Below, piece by piece: positions 41,084 through 53,571 of a stretch of DNA of 64,000 nt (position 1 is its first letter; each line of letters opens with the position of its first letter). Source of the DNA: Lingula anatina (Eukaryota > Animalia > Brachiopoda). The translations under genes and the position numbers were made by a program. The notes under the pieces were generated by a model. The model was not told the origin of the DNA, did no database searches, and worked only from the letters and a program-made list of their open reading frames with translations. The stretch is from the NCBI GenBank assembly GCA_051362555.1, contig CM120644.1:4844954-4908953 (forward strand), given 5' to 3'.

Positions 41084-43617
41084 TTATTGTACCACCAGCG
41101 TTAGCGCTGGCGGTACACATGGTTTCGGTCTCGTCCGGATCGTTCCGCCGGCTCCGCCGGCTCCGCCGGCTCTGCCGGCTCCGCCGGCTCCGCCGGACGG
41201 CTACCGTTACCACTTCTCCTCCTAGACGGTAAGGCCCCCCATACCCATCTCATGGATTTAGGTCACCTATAATCTCAACTCGTTCCACGTAAAATTTGGG
41301 CTTTGTCGGTATTGGGGTCTGGGTGTGGCACTCATTGCAATGCACCCTTGTCCAAAAATGGCAAAATTAAATGCTAATTATCTACCCTACGGAAGGAGTT
41401 ACGGGAAAAATTTCTACAGACGGCTTTCCAAAAGTCATATGTGTAGATTTCAAATATACCCTCGGATTTGACCTTTGACCTTTACTTCAAGGTCAAATGG
41501 GCCAAAATTTTCAAAAAAATGAAATTTTTTACGAAAAAAAAATTTTTTGCCCTGTTATTCAGACACCACACAGACTTAACCAATAATATTATTGGAAAGT
41601 GTTACCCTTCAGGTCATCTTTCATCTCCGTGAATTTGGGGTCAATCGGTGCATTTTCACAGGAGTAGCGGCCATAAGATACCGAAACTGAAAACTGTCTC
41701 TAATTCGGGAACCGTTAATGCTAGAGACCCATTCTTTTTTGCATTTTGTAGAGCATGTAAAGCCCAACACTGGAGGTGGTCTCGGTTTTTTTGTATTCCA
41801 TACGGTTTTCGAGTTACGCTGTATCAAAAAGTACATATTGGTGGTGAAAGGAAAATGTACGGAAGCCCACTGGTGCCATATGTAGAAAAAAAAATTATCT
41901 CGAAATTTCGAGATACTATTTTGAAATTTGAACAAAAAAATTTACCACCAGCGTTAGCGCTGGCGGTACACATGGTTTCGGTCCCGTCCGGTCCGTTCCG
42001 CCGGCTCCGCCGCCATGTTACCGTTACCGCTTCTCCTCCTAGACGGTAAGGGCCCCCGTACCCATCTCATGGATTTAGGTCACCTATAATCTCAACTCGT
42101 TCCACGTAAAATTTGGGCTTTGTCGGTATTGGGGTCTGGGTGTGGCACTCATTGCAATGCACCCTTGTCTAAAAATGGCAAAATTAAATGCTAATTATCT
42201 ACCCTACAGAAGGAGTTACGGGAAAAATTTCTATAGACGGCTTTCCAAAAGTCATATGTGTAGATTTCAAATATACCCTCGGATTTGACCTTTGACCTTT
42301 ACTTCAAGGTCAAATGGGTCAAAATTTTCAAAAAAATGAAATTTTTTACGAAAAAAAATTTTTTTGCCCTGTTATTCAGACGCCACACAGACTTAACCAA
42401 TAATATTATTGGAAAGTGTTACCCTTCAGGTCATCTTTCATCTCCGTGAATTTGGGGTCAATCGGTGCATTTTCACAGGAGTAGCGGCCATAAGATACCG
42501 AAACTGAAAACTGTCTCTAATTCGGGAACCGTTAATGCTAGAGACCCATTCTTTTTTGCATTTTGTAGAGCATGTAAAGCCCAACACTGGAGGTGGTCTC
42601 GGTTTTTTTGTATTCCATACGGTTTTCGAGTTACGCTGTATCAGAAAGTACATATTGGTGGTGAAAGGAAAATGTACGGAAGCCGACTGGTGCCATATGT
42701 AGAAAAAAAAATTATCTCGAAATTTCGAGATACTATTTTGAAATTTGAACAAAAAAAATTTTTATCTCGAAATTTCGAGATAGCATTTTGAAATTTGAAC
42801 AAAAAAAAATTATCTCGAAATTTCGAGATAGCATTTTGATATTTGAGCAAAAAAATTTATCTCGAAATTTCGAGATAGTATTTTGAAATTTGAACAAAAA
42901 AAAGTTGAATAGGAAGTCATATACTGGCAATCTTACTGTGACCTTGACATTGACCTTTGACCTACTTTTCACCATGAACTGAACTTTGCAAATTTTGCTT
43001 CCCTTTTATCTCCAAAACTGGCAGAGATAGGTCCATAGTTACTATTGAAGTTGAATAGGAAGTCATATACTGGCAATCTAAATGTGACCTTGAAATTGAC
43101 CTTTGACCTACTTTTCACCATGAACTGAACTTTGCAAATTTTGCTTCCCTTTTATCTCCAAAACTGGCAGAGATAGGTCCATAGTTACTATTGAAGTTGA
43201 ATAGGAAGTCATATACTGGCAATCTTACTGTGACCTTGAAATTGACCTTTTACCTACTTTTCACCATGAACTGAACTTTGCAAATTTTGCTTCCCTTTTA
43301 TCTCCAAAACTGGCAGAGATAGGTCCATAGTTACTATTGAAGTTGGATAGGAAGTCATATACTGGCAATTTACTGTGACCTTGAAATTGACCTTTGACCT
43401 ACCTTACAATGAACTTAACTTTGATTGCACCATTTTTAGTTATATATATTTTTTGCATATTTTGAAAATTCTTGTTGATTGCATTTTTACAGCTTGTCAA
43501 GCACAAGACTGGTGGCTGCACCCCTTATTTTGTGTATGTGGGGGTCTATACGAATGCGCTTGCTCCAGCTGGTGGTACAATATTCGGAGGCGGTATCGCC
43601 TCTCTGATCCTCTAGTT
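41084..43617 (+). mobile_element. Large non-autonomous Helentron-type (HINE) element with an internal duplication and tandem arrays
   Basis: Subterminal IRs TTGTACCACCAGC / GCTGGTGGTACAA, 5' hairpin, (GGCTCCGCC)n, 3' hairpin GGAGGCGGTATCGCCTCT, CTAGTT end, no coding capacity. Confidence 0.75.
42904..43420 (+). repeat. 146-bp tandem repeat (~3.5 copies) inside the HINE
   Basis: Units start at 42904, 43050, 43196 and 43342. Confidence 0.92.
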
Positions 43618-45898
43618 AAAACAGTCACTTGTATTGTTACTTAGCACACCTTTTTTTTAAAGAGGAACACACTTTCAAGGGAACTGTAACTTCATCTTTT
43701 CATAAACATACAAGTACTTATGTTATTGAAGCACTAGACAGCTTGTATATTATTGAGTTATTATTGACTGTGACACAGTTGTTCATTTATTGAAAATGAC
43801 AAGGAAAAAAGAGAATGATTTGTAATTCTTGGCTTACTTTATTGTACATGTAGTATGATTACTTATTGCAGACATTTGAATAGATGTCAGTATCAAGAAA
43901 GGATTGATTTTTCATGCTCAGGAAAAAGATTGAACATTTACAAATGAAGGCATACATGTAACTTCATTCAGCAAAATAAAGGAAAAGTGAAGATTTCACA
44001 GATAAATTGTTAATCTTGTCTCCAAGATAAAAGGGCAAAAAACTAGGAAAATGCCAAGCAGAATCAGAGGAAAATAAAAGTCAGACGCAAAACTCCAAAT
44101 CAGCTTCAGAATATTTATTTATTATTGTTCCCCTGGCCATGTTTGCTGTGCCACTCAAGATAAGATTTATTTAGTCAATAAATATATGAAATAAAAATTG
44201 AATATTGGGAATAAAGCATTGTTGTGTTAAAAAAATTTTTAGAGTGAAATAAGTGTAAGACTGTGTGTAGGAGGGACACTCCTTGCAACATGTTCTTCAA
44301 GATCCCCCAAGGATACATTGTATCAAATATGTAACAGAATGACAAGCAATATGGCACCATGCACTGTGACTGTTAATATCAGAGATATGGACTTGCAGGA
44401 CTACTGCACTTCACTATTCACAATAAAACAGTTCATTCTGTGACAGTCTCACAAAGAAATGTGTGTCAAAAAAGTTAGTCCTTACTTATTGGTCAAAATA
44501 TGTATGTTCTATTCAAATGAAGATAAATCAGTAATAGCCCAATAATACACCTATCTGTTCTGTTACTATTGGCTGAAAACTATAACCACCTCTATCTTTT
44601 ACTACTCCCATGTCCCAAATTTCATTTGGTTGAGCTAATATGATGATTTATTTTGGGTCAAAGTTTAAAGAAATTGAATCTAAAATTTAACACAGCTTTT
44701 TGGCTGGGACTACCCTGGCCACCCCCCCCTCCCCCCACCCCACCCACCGAGTCCAAAGCTCATCTGTCTCCTCATTAGAAGATCCATGACTTTGTACCTG
44801 AAGGGCTGCCATTACTCTGATTACCCATAAACTTAATCAGTGCTGATCACTTCTCCTGATAAAGCCAAGCTAGTTAGGAAACCAGTCATTACTCCCTCTA
44901 GACCCAACAGGGGTTTTTTATTCTCATTGGTGAAGTCAGGTGAGGAGCAATCAGGTAAGTGCAGTGAAATGTCAGGTGAGAAGTACTGGGAATGTGACAG
45001 TTCACCCCTAAGACTTCCAGCTAGTCATTGTGATCTGTACCCGTGGTGACATATTCAAGTGGGAGGGGATGTGCTATATTTGGAGGTAGATGATTTGTGG
45101 TCACTTTCGGGAGATAGGAGAGAGTGTTTGCTATCAGCAGAACAAAAATGCTGGGATACAGTGGATTTTTGAGGCTGTAAAGTTTACAACCAGTGACAGT
45201 TAATGTAGCAGGTTTATTACCGTAGTCAGTTTTACTGTGTGATATCAGGCAGTGTTGAACAGAACACACAGATGAAGTTGAACCACTATTTTTGGAGATT
45301 TTAATCTCACAGCTAGAAAAAGAGGGAGTAGAGTTACAGAGAACTCTTGGAAATTGCTCTGAGCCAACAGAGAACTCCACAGAGATGATTTGACATCATA
45401 TTCATCCGAGGTTTGACTGACATTTTCAAGATTTGCCTCAGCTGTTGCTTTCAAGAACCTGCCACCATCATGGTATTCACACTGTCAGTGCTGTTGACAG
45501 ATGACAGATGACACATTATTACAGAGATTTTATGATCGATATTGGGAAGCTTGCAGACATCTCTAACCTTTAGTCTTGTAAGAGTGACAAGGCGCACTTG
45601 TCAATTAGAGCAGTCATTCCGACCAATTTAGTGTATTTTCTTAGAAAAAAGGTTTCCAACTCTGGTGAAAATGGATTCCCACACAGCAGGTAATTGGCCT
45701 CACATTTGTGGTAATTGTCTTATTTTTGGATGAAATTACTTGAGCATTTTACTGTAATTAGTTCTGGAGAGAGTGCCTTTTTTGTGCTCATTTTTGTTTC
45801 AAAGGGCTACAGGTATGAATTACATTATACCATGATGTGAGTAGGCAGCCTGTTTAGCCCTCTTTCTTTTCTTTATGTATTGAGGAGAGGGAGGGGGG

Positions 45899-45953
<55 letters not shown>

Positions 45954-48602
45954 CAAAAATAATAATTATAATAAATAAACAAATGAACAAAAATAAATAA
46001 ATAAATAAAAAGACAACAGTGAATTACACCATATCCCCAACTTTTAACAAAGTTCATACCACATAAATGTGTCTATTTTAAGAACTCCTGCCTGTAAATA
46101 GCTGAGAGAATCAGTTAGTCTACCTTGCAGTAGTTATTTACTTCATGTGTACCACACAGTTGTGATCATCTAGCCAAATAGAAATACCCTCCCATCTATC
46201 CTCAAATACCGCCAAGGATCTCATCCAGTCTAGCTGGGAGTGAAGAAACCATTAGGTAACTTATCTGGTGATAAATTGAATAATCATAGGAACTTTTTCA
46301 CCTGTTTGTTCCTGTCTCACAGATATAACCTGGGGATCCTCAAGCAGCTTTTTTTTCATAGAGGTTCTGCAATAAACTATTACATCCACAGGTTAATTTA
46401 TCAAAGGATTATCCCAAAATTACCGCAGCAGTCTGGCGGCACCAAGTTACGCAGGTGACAGTGGCAATGAAGATGTTGTTTTGGTGTTCAAGAACGTCTC
46501 GCATTTTTCAGGTGTGAATCATCAGCAAAGGAAAGTATTATATTATCAGTATTGACGGATCGAGAGTGTCTTAATTTATTTGTTTGTTCTAAAACAAACC
46601 AATGCTCTACATCCTGGATTCTGCTTGGTTTTGGATTCTGGTTCCAGACATTTTACCTGGTCGTTTCCTTCTCTGTGATAGATGAATTGATTTGGTTGAT
46701 CTCCGGAAGACAGTGCATTCATTAGACGTTATTGACACAACTGTGGATACCATTGAGCCCAATGCCACTTTCATTGCCAGACGAAAACATTATTGTGAAA
46801 TAAAAAATTGATCGAGACCCTTGGCTGCTGCTATTAGGAATCTGGGTTCACGCCTCTGATCTGACATCATTAATTTGAACTAATGGACAGGTATTGCTGA
46901 TAACGGAGCTTATTTTCGTTACAATAGTCTGTTGTGATTACTTCTATAGCATAACAAACACAGAGATATCTCAATTCCTTGAATTTCACAGCATCTATCA
47001 CAGTAGGTATTAGGGAATCGATCCAGATCTTTCTTGTATTACTGTCAGTTTTTTTTTCTCTCCGGGAAATTGGTTTCTGCAGGAAGGGGAAAGAAGAGCT
47101 GGCCACTTGTTTTCTTTTCTACCTGGCACGTGAACTTTCTCTGAGCAGTTTATCAGTAACTTTGAAATGGAAGTCTGATCCAGTAACTTAATTTGGTCTG
47201 AGTAAGAGGGAGTGTCCTATTTTTCACCTGTATGGATGTTCAGATATATCTTGCACTCGGTTTATTTTTGTTTTGATTCAGGGAAACTTAAGTTGAGGAA
47301 ACTGACTACGTTGAATAACGGTATAGTGCTGTGAGACATGATCTACAGATCTAAGACAGTTGACACTGATATTTATGTGATCTTCATACTTCGCTACATC
47401 ATAAAAAGTAATAGGTTGGTGCTACAGTTGCCAGGTTAGAGAACTGCATTTTATTCAAAAGGACATACAAAAAAGAAAAGAAAAAAAAAAAAAAAAAAAA
47501 GAAAAAAAAAAGCTGGGATACTATATCAATAGATATATAGATTTTATGACACTACTGGGATTAGAAGAAATGGGTATAACTTTTAATCAAAACTTAAACT
47601 GTTGAGAAGCTATAGCACTTATTATTTGTGCAAATTTGTCCTGGACACAGACAAATAAAAACAAACTGATTAAATTGTAAAAAAAGACGTTTTTGAGTAT
47701 GACCAGAGCTTAATTCATACTAAGCCAATCAAATTATAGTGTCTTTAAGCCTGTTAAGTTGCCATAGCAACACTAAAGATACCTGTAGTTAGAGGGTAGA
47801 TTAGAAATGCAGTACAACGCAGGTTAAAAGCAGACTGTATATACATTGGCTCTGCGACTAGTGGATAGACAGGTACAGATACTGCTGCGAAGAGATCCAT
47901 TTGATGCGTTTGTCTTTTTGTCGGCTTCTTGTGGTGTGAACTAGTCAGGTATACATGTCTTCATAAAGAAACATCCACAATGTACAATTTCTTGGTGCAA
48001 AATGGACTTGTGAAAAGCCAGAAGTTAGCCTACTTAAAAAACCTCAGTCTACCAAAAAGGCGCAGTGTATAACACTAAAAGACATACCTGTACCTGCTGC
48101 GACTAAACAAAAGGAGGATAATTTGATAGAGGAGACATTGATGAAAAAGGTTGCTGCGTGTTATTCAGGAGAAATAGCGAGTAGGGATTACTAGATTACT
48201 GACGAGGGCAAATGTCGATAATAAATAGAGGGCAAGATTTACGTTTATCAGCTTGATCGAATCTCGGGAGGATTTATGCATTATTCAACTGCAGAAAGAG
48301 TAAAAAATTCATTTATGCTCTCCATATTTTACTTGTCTTTAGTAGAGCACATCAGAGGACAAATTGGTTTCCATTCTATGAAAAAAGGGGATTTCAAGTT
48401 ATTTACTTGAGAGAATATACCGGTATATGCACATGAGGGCAAATACAGTCTAAGTAAAGGGCACATGCATCTGAGAGATTTGAGATGATGTAACATTTAT
48501 CCACCAAGACTAAAAACTGTGTAAATGAGAATTGATACAAAACAAGCTAAGTTCTGAAGGAATATATACTCACCATACGTTTCAGTCTGCAACATCAACA
48601 AA

Positions 48603-48776
48603 ATGGAGGGTCACGAACACACAGGGCCTGGCGACCACTTTTGTAAATTTCACGCCAAAAAGATGGACCATCTGCAGGTGCCAGTCTACGATGGCGCCCC
48701 GCGCAGGATGTCGGCAGATATGAACATGTGGGATTTTAAGATGAGAACTCATTACAACAGACAGAGACACTCTGTG
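48603..48776 (+). CDS. Candidate alternative first coding exon (MEGHEHTG...HLQVP...RRMS...RQRHSV)
   Basis: AAAATGG start, 58 codons, locally GC/CpG-rich, ends GTG|GTGAGT in phase 0. Confidence 0.55.
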
Positions 48777-48910
48777 GTGAGTTGAAGAATTGTTTTTTGA
48801 ATGCATGTGCACATTTTATTAACTCATTCAGTCCTATTGAGGAACCCCTACCTCGTCTTGATTGATGAAACACCTAAAGCCACCTGAAGTTAAAAGCCTA
48901 TTCCAACCTT

Positions 48911-51400
48911 TTTTATGTACAGACACAGATGTGTCTGTACATATTGCCATCACCTGCGTCTGTCGTCGCCGTCATCCCCGATGGTGATGCCGATGCCGAT
49001 GCCGATGCCGATGCCGATGCCGTGCACTTTCCTTGTAAACACGATAAGTGGAGGGCAGTTTTACTTTTTGGCTTTATATTTACAGAGCTGATGAATATTC
49101 ATAAAACGCAGGTCAAGTTCGAAAATCAGCATGATCGGGCCATTTTTAAAGAAGTTATGCTGTTTTTTCACTTTTTAAGCATATATGCAACACTGTAAAC
49201 ATATTTCAAGGAAAACCAATAAGCCTGTTGTCATAAAACTCACAGGAGTAATCAATCTTACTAAAACGCTGGTCAAGTTCGAAAATCAGCATGATAGGGC
49301 TATTATTTTAGATGTTATGCTGTTTTTTCACATTTCCTCAGATTCAATTCTTAGGCATGTTAACAGTTTCATTATTTAATTTATAAGATACATAAAAGTT
49401 TTGTTTGACATTTCCTGCATCTTTACAACATTGTTAGTTGATTTTGTAAAAATGATGGTAAACTTGTTATCGTGTATTGTGTAATAAAGTGTCGAAAATG
49501 GAAATAAACTCATATCATTGCAGTTTGTCAGATTCAATCGTTCACTATGTTCAGAATCTCAGAATGGAAGAAATTGGACATTTAACACTGTTCTATTGAT
49601 ATTTTTCTCATCTCATCAATTTTCTTAGTTGATCATTTAAAAACAGCAGTGATCTGTTAATTTTGTTTTATGTTAAAAAATTGTTAAAAATGGGAAAAAA
49701 ACATTTCAAAACAGTGCTGTCTTGTTTACATTTTGGCATTTTCAAGTTGTGGCTTTGAAGTTCTATGGGCCTGAAGACCTTTGCTAGTCACATTTTCTGA
49801 ATATCCATGATACTAATATTTTATTATTGAAAGTTGTTGGTCATTATGCTGTTAAACATTATGTAATATTGCATCAAAATTTAAAGAAACCCCTATTTTG
49901 GGCACTGCTCCCATGATGACCATTTAAGAAAAACCATGTCACTTCAGAATCTCAGAATGGAAGAAATTGGACATTTAACACTGCTCTATTGATATTTTTC
50001 CCATCTCATCAATTTTCTTAGTTGATCATATAAAAAATGGCAATACACTGTTAATTTTGTTTTATGTTAAAAATAGTTAAAAATGGTAAAAAAAAACACA
50101 TTTTAGAACATTGCTGTCTCGTTTACATTTTGGCAATTTCAAGTTGTGACTTTGAAGTTCCATGGGCCTGAAGACCTTTGTTAGTCACATTTTCTGAATA
50201 TCCATTATACTAATATTTAATTATTAAAAATTGATGGTCATTATGCTGTTAAACATTATGTAATATTGCATCAAAATTTGAAAAAAAAAAACTATTTTGG
50301 GCACTGCTCCCATGATGACCTTTTAAGAAAAACCTTGTCACTTACTGTTCTCAAACAGTACAGTAAATATATATAGATATGTCTGTACATATTGCCATCA
50401 CCTGCGTCTGTCGTTGCCATCATTGCCGTCACCGGCACTGCAAGCACTTTCATTGTAAACAGGATAAGTGGAAGGCAGTTTTACTTTTTGGCTTTATATT
50501 TACAGAGCTAATGAATATTCATAAAACGCAGGTCAGTTTCGAAAATCGGCATGATCGGGCCAGTATTTTAGTAGTTATGCTTTTTTTTCACTTTTCAGCA
50601 CATATGCAACACTGTTAACACAATATAAGAAAAACAGATAGGCCAATTGTCATTAAACTCACAGGAGTGGTCAATCCTGCTAAGTTTCAAAAATGGAAAT
50701 AAACTCATATCATTGCAGTTTGTCAGATTCAATCATTCACTATGTTCAGAATCTCAGAATGGAAGAAATTGAGCATTTAACACTGTTCTATTTATATTTT
50801 CCCCATCTCATCAATTTTTTTTAGTTGATCATATAAAAATGGAAGTACTATTTAAAAAATTGTTAAAAATGGAAAAAACCATTTCAGAACAGTGCTGTCT
50901 TGTTTACATTTTGGCATATTCAAGTTGTGACTTTGAAGTAACATTTTCTGAATATCCATGATACTAATATTTTATTATTAAAAATTGATGGTCATTATGC
51001 TGTTAACCATTATGTAATATTGCATCAGAATAGAAGAAAACACAATTTTGGGTGCTGCTACCATGATGACCATTATGGGAAAACCATGTTACTTATGATT
51101 GCCAAACTAAAGAAAAAAGAAACACAGGACTAAAATGCTGCCGGAGTTGGAAAAGCAGTCTAATTGGCTTCTTTTTCTGGAAGTTATACATTTTCAAAGT
51201 GTGAACTTGAACTCCCATGGGCCTGAGGCCTTATGCTTGTTACACATTTTACTTACATTGGTATTACCTGTTGAGCATAATTAAAATTTGATGTTGAATT
51301 TGCAGTTTAACATAATGTACTTTTGCATCAGAATTGACAGTAGCCTATTTTGTTATTTCCTGTTTTTTGTCTGTACATTTGACAGCTTTGCTGCCTTGTT
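48911..51400 (+). mobile_element. Second non-autonomous Helentron-type (HINE) element with internal duplications
   Basis: Subterminal IRs ATGTACAGACA / TGTCTGTACAT, 5' hairpin, (GCCGAT)n, 3' hairpin CAGCTTTGCTG then TTGTT. The head is repeated at 50379; a ~400-bp block recurs at ~49550, 49943 and 50745. Confidence 0.72.
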
Positions 51401-52268
51401 ATTACATCTCAATCCCTCTACATGCCCCTGTAGTTATTATTATGATTTGTACCCCTTCCAGCACTAGAAACATATAAGAACACTCATCAATTCCTTCAAC
51501 CCGTACACGTGTGTGCATGTGCTTATGCTCACACACATGCACCCATTCATTCACGAACACATGCACTTTCTGACAAGCTTTCACATCTCCACTCCTCCAC
51601 CTTTGGAAGTTTTATGTATTCTCCTTCCTTCCTTTCCATGTTACCTTGACAGGGCTCACTAATGACACTTTATTGGCACGTACTGTGTTTCAAATTAAAA
51701 ATGTGTCTATCATGATTTTTGTGACAACTTTCATTCACTGATTAATTTCATTTTGCCTCATGGGCATAAACCAGCTTTTTAACTTGATTGAAGGAATACG
51801 GATTTATTTCAGGTCTTTCTGTATGATTTATGCATTTATTATTTAACATGCACTTGGAGTTGTGTTATATATTTTTCATCCTGTATTGAAGGCAAAAGTT
51901 TGATATGATAAAGACTATTTTTTCAGTGTGGTATAGTTGATAACATCACAGGTGAAGGTAAAGGTGGCTATGAAGTCTATGAGCCGAAGGTATTAATAGT
52001 TGACACAAAGTTTGCTGTTTGAGTGATAACAGCCCAGGGAATATGCGTATTTTATTCACCTATTTTGTTTCTTTATTTGTTATTAATTTCATTTATGCTG
52101 CTTGACTTGAAACTTGAGTATTTATCATAGATTTCTTTCACTTATGTCTGACATAAAGTTCTACTAGTTCTGCAGGTATTACTCAAAGTGTGAGAATGCT
52201 AATTGATATTTAAGTGGTTTAATTTTGCCTTGGTTCATGATTTTTTCACTGATCAGTATCAAAACTTA

Positions 52269-52502
52269 GGGCGCATTCAGATTCAAACATTTTACTAGCT
52301 GGGACTGTCCAACTCTTGGGGGATTCTCGCCAAAGTGCAATCAGTGGAATCAGCTTAATCAGCACACAATAGTTAATTACCACCTTGGAGTTTGAGGAGG
52401 CCTGACAGACAGTTAAGCTGAGTTCACTGATTGCACTTAAGCAAGAATCCTCTGCAGAGTTGGACTGGCACAGCTAGTGCAATGTGTGAATCTGAATACA
52501 GT
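52269..52502. mobile_element. Fold-back Harbinger-like MITE, subfamily B2
   Basis: TTA-GGGCGCATTCAGATTC ... GAATCTGAATAC; inverted homologue of 6202-6428. Confidence 0.72.
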
Positions 52503-52695
52503 TAATTGGTATTTATCAAGGATTCTTGCTGTTCCTCATGCAGCGCACCATTAAACAGGTAGACATTTATTAATGTCTTGCTCTCCTCGCCATTGTTATT
52601 TCTTGTTTAATGTATACGTATCAGAGAGCAACTGATAAGTTTCCCTACAGGGTGGTTGAGAACATGTTGTATATGGCTATGAATATTGCAGCATT

Positions 52696-52893
52696 GGGTA
52701 TACCCATAGTGAAAGCTCGGGGCTCCGTAACTCGAAAGCATCATGAATTGCGGTAACGATATCAAAATTCGTTTTGAGGCTATTACATGGGGCAAGTAAA
52801 TGCCGAGTTATGGAATAGGACGCTTGCGCTCGGCTGCAATTCGCGATGCTTTTCAGTTACGGAGCCCAGGGTTCCACATTGGCTGGGAATTCT
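52696..52893. repeat. Fold-back element
   Basis: Arms GGGCTCCGTAACT / AGTTACGGAGCCC plus AAAGCATCATGAATTGC / GCAATTCGCGATGCTTT. Confidence 0.65.
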
Positions 52894-53571
52894 ATCAGAA
52901 TCTTATGATATCTTTATCTGGAGTGTGGTTTAGGCATGTAGTCTATGCCATTCATTTTTAACTAGAAAATATAATTTTGATCTTATCAGCTAAATTGTTA
53001 TTGGTTTTTGTTAAATCCTTTGCTGAAAGGTTGGTTACCATTTCCATTACCATTGATGACTGGTCTTATTATTAAGATTATTTTGTGACAATCCGAAACA
53101 GGCATGGAATGATTTTAGTTTGCCTGTTGCTGGATGTTGTTACTTTTGATTACTGGTCCAGGAATTTCGATCCTTAGGTGACTTTATTTTAAGACTTAAT
53201 CTTTGTCAGTCTGTTATTTCTGTTTAAGCAGCTCAGTGAGAAACAGGTGAAGTGGTACTGTATTTGCTACCTGCTGCCGTCATGCCAGATAAAATTGGCA
53301 GAAACAAGATATTCACATCAACTCTCTAGACATGTGATAACAAGTTTTCTAGCTGCTGTAGCATGGAAACAGCTCAAACAGCTATTACCCAAACATTTTC
53401 CATGCCACTTATTCCAAATTTAATTTAATTAATATTGTTTTTTTTTTTTTCAAAATCATTCTGTTATAAGATGATCAAAATTGCTTCTTTTTCTATTACA
53501 TCTTTTACAAAACTTTTGAAAAAAAACATTATCCAGTGTTGGGAAGTGTAAATTTTCGGATCTGTTCATAG

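Noticed and set aside
41621-42975. Duplicated 104-133-aa ORFs
   Set aside because: They lie within the duplicated non-coding HINE body and show no Rep/helicase or other recognisable motif.
44840-44960. Strong donor CAG|GTAAGT at 44954/44955
   Set aside because: No convincing ATG-initiated frame or acceptor upstream; could be non-coding but is unsupported.
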